From Bradyrhizobium sp. (lineage in GTDB: Bacteria; Pseudomonadota; Alphaproteobacteria; Rhizobiales; Xanthobacteraceae): 37,477 nt of DNA. Under the pieces are notes generated by a model. That model was not told the DNA's origin, did no database searches, and saw only the letters and a program-made list of their open reading frames with translations. This document shows, piece after piece, positions 18,432 through 29,991 of the stretch; position 1 is the stretch's first letter; every line of letters begins with the position of its first letter. The stretch is from positions 1 through 37,477 of the forward strand of contig DATEJC010000577.1 in assembly GCA_035278345.1 (NCBI GenBank), written 5' to 3'. The position numbers were made by a program, and so were the translations under genes.

Positions 18432-19973
18432 ATGATCGCGGCAACCCGATCGCGCGCGTTTGCGCCGATTTTCCTTGTGGCGGCATTTGGCATCGCAGTG
18501 TCGGGAAGCCCCGCTGTCGCCCAAAAGGCTGGCGGCACCATCACGGTCGGCCTTGAGCTCGACATCCCCGGTTTCGACCCGCTGAAGGTCGGTGTCTACG
18601 ACACCGCCGCGCTGACTGCATCGTCCGCGATCTTCGATACACTGACCTATCTCGACGCCAACGGAAAGGCTCAGCCGAAGCTCGCGCTGTCCTGGGAGCC
18701 CTCGGAGGACTTCAAGACCTGGACCTTCAAGCTGCGTCCCGGCGTCAAGTTCTCTGACGGCACGCCGTTCAACGCGGCGGCGTTCAAGGAGAATTTCGAC
18801 CGGCAAAAGGATCCCGCCAACAAGTGCCGCTGTGCCTTCTATATCGCCTATATCAACGACGTTCAGGCGCCCGATGAGCTGACGCTCGTCTTCAACCTGA
18901 AGGACCCGTCGGTGAATTTCCCGGCGCTGAACTCCTACGCCAACCAGAATGCAGCGGTTCACTCTCCGACGGCCTGGAAGACCAAGGGCGACGATTACAA
19001 CCGCAATCCCGTCGGCACCGGCCCCTATGTACTGAAGTCGTGGACCGCCGGCGATCGCATGATCCTGGAAAAGAACCCGGACTACTGGGACAAAAACAAG
19101 GTCTATCTCGACCGCATCATTCTGAAGCCGCTGCCCGACGCGCAGTCGCGTTTCGCAAGCCTGCAGTCGGGCGAAGTCGACCTGATCTGGGATGATGAAT
19201 ACGACGCCGACAACATCGAGAGGGCGAAAAAAGACTCCAAGCTGACGGTGCTCAGCTACACCGGGTCCGGCGCAGCAGTCACCGCTTTCAACACCAAGGT
19301 CCCGCCGCTCGACGACGTCCGCGTGCGCCAGGCGCTGGTGATGGCGCTGGATCGCAAGACAATGTCGCAGGCGCTTACCAATGGTCTCGCCAAGCCCGCC
19401 TCCAACCCCTATGGCGACGGTTCGTGGGTGAAGTGCAAGGACGACGGCGCGCTGCCCTACGACGTCGAGAAGGCCAAGGCGCTGATCAAGGATTACGGCA
19501 AGCCGGTTGAATTCAAGAAGCTCTTCACCGCAACGCCGCGCGGACGTGCGGGCGGTCAGGTTGAGCAGCAGCTGTGGAAGCAGGTCGGGGCCAATATGGA
19601 ATTGGAAATGATCGACCAGGCGACGTTTCCGGCGCGCGGCTTCACCCGCCAGTTCCAGGCGATCGGATGGCGGATCGTCGATCTTGCCGATCCCGACCCG
19701 CAGATGTTTGCCAATTTCCACACCGGTAGCCCGGCGAATCTTGCGCAATACTCAAATCCGCAGCTCGACGGTCTGCTGCAGAAGGCCCGCACCACCGCCG
19801 ACATTGACAAGCGCATCGATCTCTACTGCGAGATCTCGCGGCTGATCAACAAGGAGGCTATCTGGTACTGGACCTTCCAGAACACCTACTACGCCATCTC
19901 GACGGCGAAGGTGAAGGGTCTGCCGAAAATGTACAGCGGGGTGATCGACGTATCGCGCACCTGGAAGGAATAG
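18432..19973 (+). CDS. ABC transporter substrate-binding protein, family 5 (Dpp/Opp-like)
   Basis: Signal peptide; PKLALSWE...WTFKLRPGVKFSDGTPFNA; PVGTGPY. Confidence 0.9.
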   Translation: MIAATRSRAFAPIFLVAAFGIAVSGSPAVAQKAGGTITVGLELDIPGFDPLKVGVYDTAALTASSAIFDTLTYLDANGKAQPKLALSWEPSEDFKTWTFKLRPGVKFSDGTPFNAAAFKENFDRQKDPANKCRCAFYIAYINDVQAPDELTLVFNLKDPSVNFPALNSYANQNAAVHSPTAWKTKGDDYNRNPVGTGPYVLKSWTAGDRMILEKNPDYWDKNKVYLDRIILKPLPDAQSRFASLQSGEVDLIWDDEYDADNIERAKKDSKLTVLSYTGSGAAVTAFNTKVPPLDDVRVRQALVMALDRKTMSQALTNGLAKPASNPYGDGSWVKCKDDGALPYDVEKAKALIKDYGKPVEFKKLFTATPRGRAGGQVEQQLWKQVGANMELEMIDQATFPARGFTRQFQAIGWRIVDLADPDPQMFANFHTGSPANLAQYSNPQLDGLLQKARTTADIDKRIDLYCEISRLINKEAIWYWTFQNTYYAISTAKVKGLPKMYSGVIDVSRTWKE

Positions 19974-19979
19974 CCTGCC

Positions 19980-20930
19980 ATGGCGTTCTTTCTCGCGCGC
20001 CGGCTCCTCTATCTGGTGCCGGTGCTGATCGCGGTTTCGCTGCTGACGTTCTCGATCGCGTCGCTGCTGCCCGGCGACCTTGCCATGACGATCCTCGCCG
20101 ACCAGGCGACGCCGGAAAATCTCGCCGCGCTGCGCAAGGATATGGGCCTGGATCAGCCGCTCTGGCAGCGCTATTTCACCTGGCTCGGTCACATGCTGCA
20201 GGGGGATTTCGGCCGCTCGTTCCGCACCGGCCAGACCGTGCTGCAGGCGCTGGCCGAGCGGCTGCCGGTTTCGATCGAACTGATGCTGCTGGCGCAGATC
20301 GGCGCGCTGGCGCTCGGCGTGCCGGTGGCGATCGTCTGCGCAGCGCGCAGCGGCGGTCCGTTCGACCGATTCATGACCGGCTCCGCCTTTGCCTTGCTGT
20401 CGGTGCCGACCTTTCTGTCCGCGATCCTCCTGATCTATCTGTTCGCGGTCGAGCTGCGCTGGCTGCCTGCGACCGGTTACGTGCCGTTTACCGAAGATCC
20501 GCTTGGCAACCTCCGCTTCATGGTCCTGCCGGCGATGACGCTGGCGCTGGCGGAATGGCCCGGGATCATGCGCATCCTGCGCTCCGACATGATCGCGACC
20601 TTGCAGGAAGACTTCATTGCGCTTGCCAAGGCCAAGGGCCTGACGCCGGCGCGCATCCTGTTCGTGCACGCGCTGAAGCCGTCCTCGCTGACGCTGGTGA
20701 CGATCACCGGCATCAACATCGGCCGCTTGATTGGCGGTGCGCTGATCGTCGAGACAATCTTCGCGCTTCCAGGCATCGGTCGGCTCTTGGTCGGCGCGAT
20801 CCTCACCCGCGATCTCGTCATCCTGCAGGGGGTGGTGCTGCTGGTGGCCGCGGGCTTCGTCATCATGAACTTCATCGTTGACTTGCTCTACGCCGTGCTC
20901 GATCCGAGGATCCGCCATGGCCACGCTTGA
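19980..20930 (+). CDS. Dpp/Opp-type ABC permease (B)
   Basis: LPGD, GLDQPLWQRY and GDFGRS motifs; EAA loop AKAKGL. Confidence 0.9.
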   Translation: MAFFLARRLLYLVPVLIAVSLLTFSIASLLPGDLAMTILADQATPENLAALRKDMGLDQPLWQRYFTWLGHMLQGDFGRSFRTGQTVLQALAERLPVSIELMLLAQIGALALGVPVAIVCAARSGGPFDRFMTGSAFALLSVPTFLSAILLIYLFAVELRWLPATGYVPFTEDPLGNLRFMVLPAMTLALAEWPGIMRILRSDMIATLQEDFIALAKAKGLTPARILFVHALKPSSLTLVTITGINIGRLIGGALIVETIFALPGIGRLLVGAILTRDLVILQGVVLLVAAGFVIMNFIVDLLYAVLDPRIRHGHA

Positions 20931-21785
20931 ACTCGACCTCGCCGAGGAGGCGATCTCTGCGCCGACTAAAAAGGGCAAGCGGCTTGGCGTGCTGTTCTGG
21001 GCCGCGGTCGCCTGGATGATCTTCGTCTTTGCCGTGGCGATCCTTGCACCCGTGCTGCCGATTCCGGATCCTGCTGCCATGAACATGCTGGCACGGCGCG
21101 GTTCGTTCTCCGCGGCGCACTGGCTCGGCACCGACGGGCTCGGCCGCGACGAACTCTCGCGCCTGATCTACGGCGCGCGCATATCGTTGCTGGTTGGCCT
21201 CTGTGCGCCGATGATCGGCCTGACCTTCGGCGGTGCACTCGGCCTGCTGTCGGGCTATTTCCGCGGCCGGGCCGGAACCTTCGTCGTCGGCGCCATGGAC
21301 GTGCTGCTGGCCTTTCCGCCGCTCATCCTCGTGCTCGCCGTCATTGCCTTTGTCGGGCAATCGATCCTCAATCTCACGCTTATCCTCGGCGTGCTCGGCA
21401 TTCCCGCCTTCATGCGCGTGGCACGCGCCACCACGCTGACGCTGTCGCGGCGTGAATTCGTCATTGCCGCGGAGGCACTCGGCGCCTCGCATGCGCGCAT
21501 TCTGCTGCGCGAATTGCTGCCGAATGTGCTCCTGCCGCTGCTTGCCTTCTTCCTGCTCGGCGTCGCCGTCACCATCGTGGTGGAGGGATCGCTGTCGTTC
21601 CTCGGGCTCGGCGTGCCGCCGCCGACTTCGAGCTGGGGCAGCATGATCGCCGAGGGCCGCGAGAGCCTCGACGTTGCGCCGCGGCTCGCCTTCCTGCCGG
21701 CGATCGCGATGTTCCTCACCGTCCTTTCCTTTAATCTCGTCGGCGACACCATGCGAGCGCTGACCGATCCGCGGCAGGGCGCGCT

Positions 21786-21789
<4 letters not shown>
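20917..21789 (+). CDS. Dpp/Opp-type ABC permease (C)
   Basis: HWLGTDGLGRD, EFVIAAEALGAS and LSFLGLG motifs; GAGGA RBS before ATG 20917. Confidence 0.9.
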
Positions 21790-22777
<988 letters not shown>

Positions 22778-22781
<4 letters not shown>

Positions 22782-23749
22782 TGCTGCAAGCTTCGTCCAC
22801 CGCTCCGCTGCTCAGGGTCGAGAATCTCGTCGTCGAATATGCTGTCGGCGGCAAGACGGTCCACGCCGTCACCGACGTCAGCCTCGACATCGCGCGCGGT
22901 GAGACACTCGGCCTGGTCGGCGAGTCCGGCTGCGGCAAGTCCACGCTCGGCCGTGCCGTGCTGCAGCTGCGCCAGGCGCAATCCGGCAAGGTGCTGTTCG
23001 ACGGCAACGATCTGACCGCGATGCGCGGTGATGCCTTGCGCAAGATGCGCCAGCGCGTGCAGCTGATCTTTCAGGACCCGATCGCGTCGCTCAATCCGCG
23101 GAGGCGGATCGGCGACATCGTGGCCGAACCACTCGTCATCGCCGGCATCAGGGATCCCGAGAAGCGCCAGAGGATGGTGAGCGACGTGCTCACCGCTGTT
23201 GGCCTTGACCCGGCGCTGGTGATGGGGCGGCTGCCGCACGAATTCTCCGGCGGCCAATGCCAGCGCATATGCATCGCGCGTGCGCTGGTGCTTAATCCCG
23301 ACTTCATCATCTGCGACGAGCCGGTCTCGGCGCTCGACGTCTCCATCCGTGCGCAGATTCTCAATTTGCTCGAGGAGATGAAAGCGCGCTACGGACTGAC
23401 GCTGCTGTTCATCGCCCACGACCTCGCTGTCGTGAAGGCGGTGAGCGACCGCGTCGCGGTGATGTATCTCGGCCGATTGTGCGAAGTGGGTCCGTCCGAG
23501 CAGCTGTTCGCAAAGCCGGCGCATCCCTATACCGCGCTGCTGATCGAGGCGATTCCGGTGCCCGACCCCGACATGCGGCCGGCCGAAGCAGTGCCGGTGG
23601 GCGAGCCGCCATCGCCAATCGCGCCGCCCTCCGGCTGCCGCTTCCGCACCCGCTGCCCGCGCGCGGATGCCAGATGCGCGGCTGAGGTGCCGGAATTGCG
23701 CCCGGTCGCGCCCGGCCAGTACGCCGCCTGCCACCATCCGCTGACCTGA
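22778..23749 (+). CDS. Dpp/Opp-type ABC ATPase (F)
   Basis: [26 protein letters not shown] and GCRFRTRCP motifs; ATGA overlap. Confidence 0.92.
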
Positions 23750-23837
23750 ATACCAGCCAAGCGCGAGTGTGTTTGTCCTGTCGGGACAGACGTGGCAAGG
23801 TCCGGCCCAACAAGAAGCCATTTGCGGGAGAGAGACG

Positions 23838-24908
23838 ATGAAGAGCTTTCAGGTTGCCGAGTTCAACGCCCCCCTGAAAGAGGTCGACCAGCCGACGCCG
23901 CAACCGTCAGGCACGCAGGTGCTGATCAAGGTGAAGGCTGCCGGTGTCTGCCACAGCGACCTGCACATCTGGGAAGGCGGCTACGATCTCGGCCATGGCC
24001 GCAAGCCGTTGTCGTTGAAGGATCGCGGCGTGTCGCTGCCGCGGACCATGGGTCATGAGACGGTCGGCGAGATCGTTGCCTTCGGGCCGGATGTCACCGC
24101 GGCCGACAAGGGCGACCTCAAGGTCGGCGATATCGCGCTTGTCTATCCCTGGCTCGGCTGCGGCAAGTGCCCGACCTGCATCGGTGGCGACGAGAACATG
24201 TGCGCCATCAAGCCGAATGCGCTCGGCGTCTATTGCGACGGCGGCTATGCCGACCACATGACCGTGCCGAATGCGAAATATCTGATCAACCTGAAAGGGC
24301 TCGACCCGGTCACTGCCGCGCCGTACGCCTGTTCCGGCGTCACCACCTACAGCGCGCTGAAGAAGGTCGAGAAGGAGCTTAACACGCCGATCGTGGTGTT
24401 CGGCGCCGGCGGCCTCGGCCTGATGCTGCTGTCGCTGCTCAAAGCGATGGGCGGCAAGGGCGCCATCGTCGTCGATATCGACGCGCGCAAGCGCGAGGCG
24501 GCGGAAGCGGCCGGTGCGCTGGCTACTGTCGACGGCAAGGCGCCCGACGCGCTGGAGCAGTTGCAGGAGAAAGCCGGCGGACCGGTCCGTGCCGTGATCG
24601 ACCTCGTCGGCAGCGCGCAGACCACGCAACTCGGCTTCGACTGCCTCGGAAAGGGCGGCAAGCTCATCATCGTCGGCCTGTTCGGCGGCGGCGCCACGTT
24701 CGCATTGCCGCTGATCCCGATCAAGGCGGTGACCATCCAGGGCAGCTATGTCGGCAATCTCCGCGAGACGCAGGAACTGCTCGACCTCGTACGCAGCAAA
24801 AAGATTGCGCCGATCCCGGTAACGAAGCTGCCGCTGGCAAAAGCCAACGATGCGCTGCTCGACCTGCAGAAAGGCAAGCTGGTCGGCCGCGCAGTGCTGA
24901 CGCCGTAG
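23838..24908 (+). CDS. Zinc-dependent alcohol dehydrogenase
   Basis: GVCHSDLH, GHE, structural Zn site CGKCPTC...C, GAGGLG. Confidence 0.92.
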   Translation: MKSFQVAEFNAPLKEVDQPTPQPSGTQVLIKVKAAGVCHSDLHIWEGGYDLGHGRKPLSLKDRGVSLPRTMGHETVGEIVAFGPDVTAADKGDLKVGDIALVYPWLGCGKCPTCIGGDENMCAIKPNALGVYCDGGYADHMTVPNAKYLINLKGLDPVTAAPYACSGVTTYSALKKVEKELNTPIVVFGAGGLGLMLLSLLKAMGGKGAIVVDIDARKREAAEAAGALATVDGKAPDALEQLQEKAGGPVRAVIDLVGSAQTTQLGFDCLGKGGKLIIVGLFGGGATFALPLIPIKAVTIQGSYVGNLRETQELLDLVRSKKIAPIPVTKLPLAKANDALLDLQKGKLVGRAVLTP

Positions 24909-24921
24909 TAGCTACCAACCG

Positions 24922-25012
24922 TCGTCATGCCCGGCCTTGTGCCGGGCATCCACGTCTTGCTTTGTCGCGGACACAAAGACGTGGATGGCCGGGACAAGCC
25001 CGGCCATGACGA
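24922..25012. repeat. CGTC-tagged REP-like palindromic doublet
   Basis: TCGTCATGCCCGGCCTTGTGCCGGGCATCCACGTCTT ... AAGACGTGGATGGCCGGGACAAGCCCGGCCATGACGA: long inverted arms, each with an internal hairpin. Confidence 0.85.
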
Positions 25013-25048
25013 AGTCTCTCACAAGTCTGCGTGCTCCAGGGAACCCCC

Positions 25049-26128
25049 ATGTCTGCCAGCAACGCCTTCCACATCGCCGTGCTCGGCGGCGATGGCATAG
25101 GCCCCGAAGTGATGGCGCCGGCGCTGGAGATATTGCGCAGGATCGAGTCGAAGTCCGACCTCGCATTCCGCTTCACCGAGGCGCCGGCGGGCGCCGGTCA
25201 CTACCGCGAGACCGGCAAGTCGATGCCGGACTCCACCATCCGCCTGTGCGAGGAAGCGGATGCGATCCTGCTCGGTGCCTGCGGACTGCCGTCGGTGCGT
25301 TACCCCGACAACACCGAAATCGCGCCGCAGATCGAGCTCCGCTTCCAGTTCGACCTCTATGCCGGCGTGCGCCCGGCGCGCCTCATTCCGGGCGTGCCGA
25401 GCCCGATCGTTGGCGCGGACCAGCGCGGCATCGATCTCGTCCTGATCCGCGAATCCACCGAGGGCCTGTTCGCCTCGATGGGCAAGGGGGTCGTCACCGA
25501 CAGCGAGGCGCGCGAGACGCTGGTCATCACGCGCAACACCTCGGAGCGCCTGTTCGATTTCTCCTTCCGTCTCGCCGAGCGCCGCAAGGCCCGCGGCCGC
25601 CCGGGTCAGCTTAGCTGCGTCGACAAGGCGAACGTGTTCCGCGCCTTCGCTTTCTTCCGCGAGATTTTCGATGAGGTCGCCAAGCGCCATCCCGATGTGA
25701 AGGCCGACCATGTCTATGTCGATGCCTGCTCGGCATTCCTGGTGAAGCGACCCTGGGATTTCGACGTGCTGGTGACGGAGAACATGTTCGGCGACATCCT
25801 CTCCGATCTCACCGCCAGCCTGATCGGCGGCCTCGGCATGGCGCCGTCGGCCGATATCGGAGACCGCCACGCCATGTTCCAGCCCTGTCACGGCACCGCG
25901 CCCGATATCATGGGGCAGGGCAAGGCCAATCCCACCGCGATGATCCTCTCCACCGCGATGATGCTGGACTGGCTTGCCGACAAGCACGGCGTGGAGAGCG
26001 CGGCGGAAGCCGGCGAGCGCATCGAGATGGCAGTGGACAAGGCCTATGCCGGCGGCATCAAGCCGACGGAGCTTGGCGGCAGCAGCGGCACCGCCGACGT
26101 GACGAAGGCGGTATTGGCGGCGCTGTAG
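25049..26128 (+). CDS. Isocitrate/isopropylmalate/tartrate dehydrogenase-family protein
   Basis: [31 protein letters not shown] and HGTAPDI...ANP motifs. Confidence 0.88.
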   Translation: MSASNAFHIAVLGGDGIGPEVMAPALEILRRIESKSDLAFRFTEAPAGAGHYRETGKSMPDSTIRLCEEADAILLGACGLPSVRYPDNTEIAPQIELRFQFDLYAGVRPARLIPGVPSPIVGADQRGIDLVLIRESTEGLFASMGKGVVTDSEARETLVITRNTSERLFDFSFRLAERRKARGRPGQLSCVDKANVFRAFAFFREIFDEVAKRHPDVKADHVYVDACSAFLVKRPWDFDVLVTENMFGDILSDLTASLIGGLGMAPSADIGDRHAMFQPCHGTAPDIMGQGKANPTAMILSTAMMLDWLADKHGVESAAEAGERIEMAVDKAYAGGIKPTELGGSSGTADVTKAVLAAL

Positions 26129-26291
26129 GATGGCGGCGAAGCGAAACCCATCACTGCACCGCCCGGGATTTGATGGGTTTCGCTAACGCTCTACTATCCT
26201 ACGGCTTTACTGCCGTATCCTACTTTGCATGGGGTTGTTTTCGCGATTTTGAGTGTAGGACGGGTTGAGCTCTTCGCGAAGCACGTCCTAC
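26125..26291. repeat. Cluster of GTAG-tagged REP-like elements
   Basis: GTAGGATGG...GCGAAACCCATC (26125-26152) is inverted with GATGGGTTTCGC...ATCCTAC (26172-26202). A further GTAGGACG...CGTCCTAC lies at 26255-26291. Confidence 0.8.
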
Positions 26292-26297
26292 GGGACG

Positions 26298-27119
26298 TCA
26301 CTTCCCCTTGAATTGCGGCTTGCGCTTTTCCATGAAGGCGGTGCGGCCTTCTTTGAAATCTTCCGAGTCCATGCAGGCATTGCCGATCGCCTTGATCGCC
26401 TCCATGTCGCGCTTGTCGGGATCCTTCAGCACCTGCGCAATCGTGATCTTGGCGGCCTTGATGGCGAGCGGCGCGTTGCCGGAGATGGTGCGCGCGACAT
26501 CCATGGTCGCATTCCAGAGTTCGCTGTCCGGCAGCACGCGGTCGACCAGGCCGATGCGCAGCGCCTCGGCGGAGTCGATCCGCATGCCCGTATACATGAT
26601 CAGCCGCGCCCAGGACGGGCCGACCAGCGACACCAGGTGGCGCAGGCCGTCATAGCCATAGGCGATGCCGAGCCTTGCCGCAGGGATGCCGAACTGGCTG
26701 TTCTCGGCGGCGAAGCGGATATCGGTGAGCATCGCGACCTGCATGCCGCCGCCGAGGCAAAAGCCGCGGATGCAGGCAATCGTCGGCTTGGGATAGTTGG
26801 CGAGCAGCGCGCGCTGCGCCTCGCTGCGCTTCGAATATTCCGCCGACGCCTCGGCGTTGTGACGGGTCTTCTCGAACTGGCTGATATCGGCGCCCGAGAC
26901 GAACGCCTTGTCGCCGGCGCCGACCAGCACCACCACACGGACCGCGGGATCGTCGCGCAACTCGGTCAGCGCATTGCCGAGCCCCTCCCACATCTCCAGC
27001 GACATCGCATTGCGCTTCTCGGGATTGTTGAAGGTGATGACGCCGACGCCGTCATCGACGCTCTGCAAAATCTTGCCGTCGGCGTGGGATTTCTGGATGG
27101 ATTTGGGAGTGTCGAGCAT
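26298..27119 (-). CDS. Enoyl-CoA hydratase/isomerase family protein
   Basis: NNPEKRNAMS, AFVSGADISQF, GFCLGGG and EGRTAFMEKRKP motifs. Confidence 0.9.
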   Translation of the reverse strand: MLDTPKSIQKSHADGKILQSVDDGVGVITFNNPEKRNAMSLEMWEGLGNALTELRDDPAVRVVVLVGAGDKAFVSGADISQFEKTRHNAEASAEYSKRSEAQRALLANYPKPTIACIRGFCLGGGMQVAMLTDIRFAAENSQFGIPAARLGIAYGYDGLRHLVSLVGPSWARLIMYTGMRIDSAEALRIGLVDRVLPDSELWNATMDVARTISGNAPLAIKAAKITIAQVLKDPDKRDMEAIKAIGNACMDSEDFKEGRTAFMEKRKPQFKGK

Positions 27120-27336
27120 CGTGGGACGACCTTAAATCGGGAGCGTCGGGCGCAATTCAGCCGCCCGCGGCCCGCATGATAGCCCGGGCATCGCCGCAGC
27201 AGGAATGTTTCTTTGCCGGGCCGTGGCTCGAGGAACGCTGTTCTTCTCGGCAATCGCAACGCTAGCCCCTTTGCTATGTCGCTGCGTCAGCTATTGTGGC
27301 CGGCAACCGAATAACAAAAGCATGCGGGGGAAGGCC

Positions 27337-28314
27337 ATGCCGTTCACGCGTCGAGAGGTGATCGCAGGAGGTGCAGGGCTTCTGCTGGGGAGCGTGTTTC
27401 CGGCACGCGCGCAGTCCTATCCCGGCCGCACCATCAAGATGATCGTTCCCTATCCCGCAGGCGGCACCACCGACCTGCTCGGGCGCCTGGTCGCCGACCA
27501 GATCAAGAGCGGTCTTGGCGCCACCGTCGTGGTCGAGAACAAGCCGGGCGCCGGCACCACGCTCGGTGCCGAGCAGGTCGCGCGATCGGAGGCCGACGGC
27601 TACACGCTCTTGATGGCGACCTCGACGACGCTTGCGATCAACAAGACGCTGTACAAGAAACTGCCCTACGATCCCGTGAAGGATTTTGCCCCGATTGCGC
27701 TCGTCGCCGGCGTGCCCTTTGCGCTGATCGTCAATCCGGCGATTCCCGCAAGGACGCTGCCGGAATTTATCGCCTACGCCAAATCGAAGCCGGGACTGGC
27801 CTATGGCTCGGCCGGCAATGGCAGCCCGCAGCATCTCGGCGCAGAGATGCTGAGGACGGCGGCGGGGATCGATATCCGCCACGTGCCCTATCGGGGCAGC
27901 GTTCCGGCGATGCTCGACGTGATCGCCGGCCACATTCCCTTCATGGTGATCGATCTGCAGCCGGCGCTGCAGCAGATCAAGGAAGACAAGGTGAGAGTGC
28001 TGGGGGTCACAACGTCGAAACGCGTCGCCGTCGCGCCTGACATCCCCACCATCGCGGAAGGCGGGCTCAAGGGTTATGAACTCGTCGCCTGGCAGGGCGT
28101 GGTCGCGCCATCGGGCACGCCGCGCGCGGTCATCGATCAACTCGCCGGCCAGATCAACGCATTGGTGGCCGATCCCGCGACACGGGAAAGGCTGACGGCA
28201 CTTTCACTGGAACCCTGGCCGCCGTCGACGCCAGACGGTTTTGCGGCCTACATCAAGGCCGAGGTCGACCGCTGGGCCGTGATCGTGAAGAACTCCGGAG
28301 CGGAAGCGGAATGA
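27337..28314 (+). CDS. Bug/TctC receptor with Tat-like signal
   Basis: TRREVI signal; YPGRTIKMIVPYPAGGTTD, ENKPGAG, ADGYT and VPYRG motifs. Confidence 0.9.
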   Translation: MPFTRREVIAGGAGLLLGSVFPARAQSYPGRTIKMIVPYPAGGTTDLLGRLVADQIKSGLGATVVVENKPGAGTTLGAEQVARSEADGYTLLMATSTTLAINKTLYKKLPYDPVKDFAPIALVAGVPFALIVNPAIPARTLPEFIAYAKSKPGLAYGSAGNGSPQHLGAEMLRTAAGIDIRHVPYRGSVPAMLDVIAGHIPFMVIDLQPALQQIKEDKVRVLGVTTSKRVAVAPDIPTIAEGGLKGYELVAWQGVVAPSGTPRAVIDQLAGQINALVADPATRERLTALSLEPWPPSTPDGFAAYIKAEVDRWAVIVKNSGAEAE

Positions 28315-28332
28315 GGCGGGATTTCTGACGGC

Positions 28333-29991
28333 ATGTCCGATTGCAATGTCTTGATCGTGGGCGCAGGCCCCGTCGGCCTCACGCTCGCCATTGATCTTGC
28401 CTGGCGCGGCATCGACGTCGCGGTCGTGGAAACGCGCAGCGCCGGCCAGCCTCCGGAGCCGAAATGCAACCATGTCGCCGCCCGCACCATGGAGATTTTC
28501 CGCCGGCTGGGCCTTGCGGAAAAAGTGCGCAATGCTGGTCTGCCGGCGGACTATCCGCACGACATCAGCTACCGCACCAGTTTTGTCGGCGAAGAGCTGA
28601 CGCGGATCAAGATTCCCTGCCGGCGCGATCGGTTCACCGCCAGTGACGGCCCCGACTGCAACTGGCCGACGCCGGAGCCGCCGCATCGCATCAACCAGAT
28701 TTTCCTCGAGCCGATCCTGTTCGGGCACGCGGCTGCGCAGCCGCGCATTCGCATCCACAGTCGCACGGCGGTGGAAGCTGTCGTGATCGAGGACACATCC
28801 GCCGGCGTCACCCTGCGTGACCTCGACAGTGGCGCCATCAGGCGCATCACGTGTCGCTACCTGATCGGCTGCGACGGCGCCCGCTCCGTCGTACGCAAGG
28901 CGATCGGCGCGGAATTGACAGGCGATGCCGTCATCCAGCGCGTGCAGTCGACTTACATCCGTGCGCGGGCGCTGCTCGGCCTGCAGCGGCACGAGTCCGC
29001 CTGGGGCACGGGATCGATCAATCCGCGCCGCTCCGGCATGGTCTATGCGATCGACGGCCGCGAGCGCTGGTTGGTGCATAATTACATGCGGCCGGGCGAG
29101 GGCGATTTCGACTCGGTGGATCGCGACGCCTGCATCCGCACCATCCTGGGCGTCGGTGCCGATTTCGATTACGAGGTCATCTCGAAGGAGGACTGGTACG
29201 GCCGCCGCCTGATCGCGAGCAAATTCCGCGACCGCTGCGTGTTCATCGCAGGCGACGCCGCCCATATCTGGGTGCCCTATGCCGGCTATGGCATGAATGC
29301 CGGCATTGCCGATGCCATGAACCTGTCGTGGATGCTGGCAGCGCACCTCAACGGCTGGGCGCCCGCCGCCATCCTCGATGCCTATGAGGCGGAGCGCTGG
29401 CCGATCACGAGCCAGGTCTCGCGCTTTGCGATGTCGCATGCGGAAGCCGAGATCCGCCGCCGCGGGTCGGTGCCGGAGGAGATCGAAGACGAAGGCCCGG
29501 CGGGCGAACGCGCGCGGCAGGAGGTCGGGCGCCTGACCTATGAAATCAACGTCCGGCAATACGCCTGCGCGGGACTGAACTTCGGCAGCTACTACGATCG
29601 CTCGCCGATCATTGCCTATGACGATGGAAAACCGCCGCCTTACACGATGGACAGCTACACGCCGTCGACAGTGCCGGGCTGCCGCACGCCGCATCTGTGG
29701 TGCAAGGACGGTCGTTCGCTGTATGACGCGATGGGGCCGGAATTCACGCTGCTGCGCTTCGACCCATCAATCGACGTTGCCGCGTTTGGCGCTGCCGCGC
29801 GCGCGAGGGGGCTGCCGCTGAAGATTCTCGATGTCGCCACGCCGGCTTCCACCAAGCCGGATGGTGACACACTCGTGTTGTCGAGGCCTGACCAACACGT
29901 GGCATGGCGCAGCAACAGGCTACCCGCCGATTGTCTCGCACTGACAGATCGGGTCCGCGGTGCTGCAAACCAGATGCATGCGCACGGCTAG
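28333..29991 (+). CDS. FAD-dependent aromatic hydroxylase-type monooxygenase
   Basis: GAGPVG, GCDGARS, IAGDAAH...GMNAGIADA and C-terminal RPDQHVAWR motifs. Confidence 0.9.
   Translation: MSDCNVLIVGAGPVGLTLAIDLAWRGIDVAVVETRSAGQPPEPKCNHVAARTMEIFRRLGLAEKVRNAGLPADYPHDISYRTSFVGEELTRIKIPCRRDRFTASDGPDCNWPTPEPPHRINQIFLEPILFGHAAAQPRIRIHSRTAVEAVVIEDTSAGVTLRDLDSGAIRRITCRYLIGCDGARSVVRKAIGAELTGDAVIQRVQSTYIRARALLGLQRHESAWGTGSINPRRSGMVYAIDGRERWLVHNYMRPGEGDFDSVDRDACIRTILGVGADFDYEVISKEDWYGRRLIASKFRDRCVFIAGDAAHIWVPYAGYGMNAGIADAMNLSWMLAAHLNGWAPAAILDAYEAERWPITSQVSRFAMSHAEAEIRRRGSVPEEIEDEGPAGERARQEVGRLTYEINVRQYACAGLNFGSYYDRSPIIAYDDGKPPPYTMDSYTPSTVPGCRTPHLWCKDGRSLYDAMGPEFTLLRFDPSIDVAAFGAAARARGLPLKILDVATPASTKPDGDTLVLSRPDQHVAWRSNRLPADCLALTDRVRGAANQMHAHG

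Noticed and set aside
24922-26291. Repeats read as a CRISPR array, IS ends or small CDSs (e.g. 24746-24997, 24925-25176)
   Set aside because: There is no repeat-spacer periodicity, cas gene or transposase. The small ORFs are read-throughs of REP palindromes.
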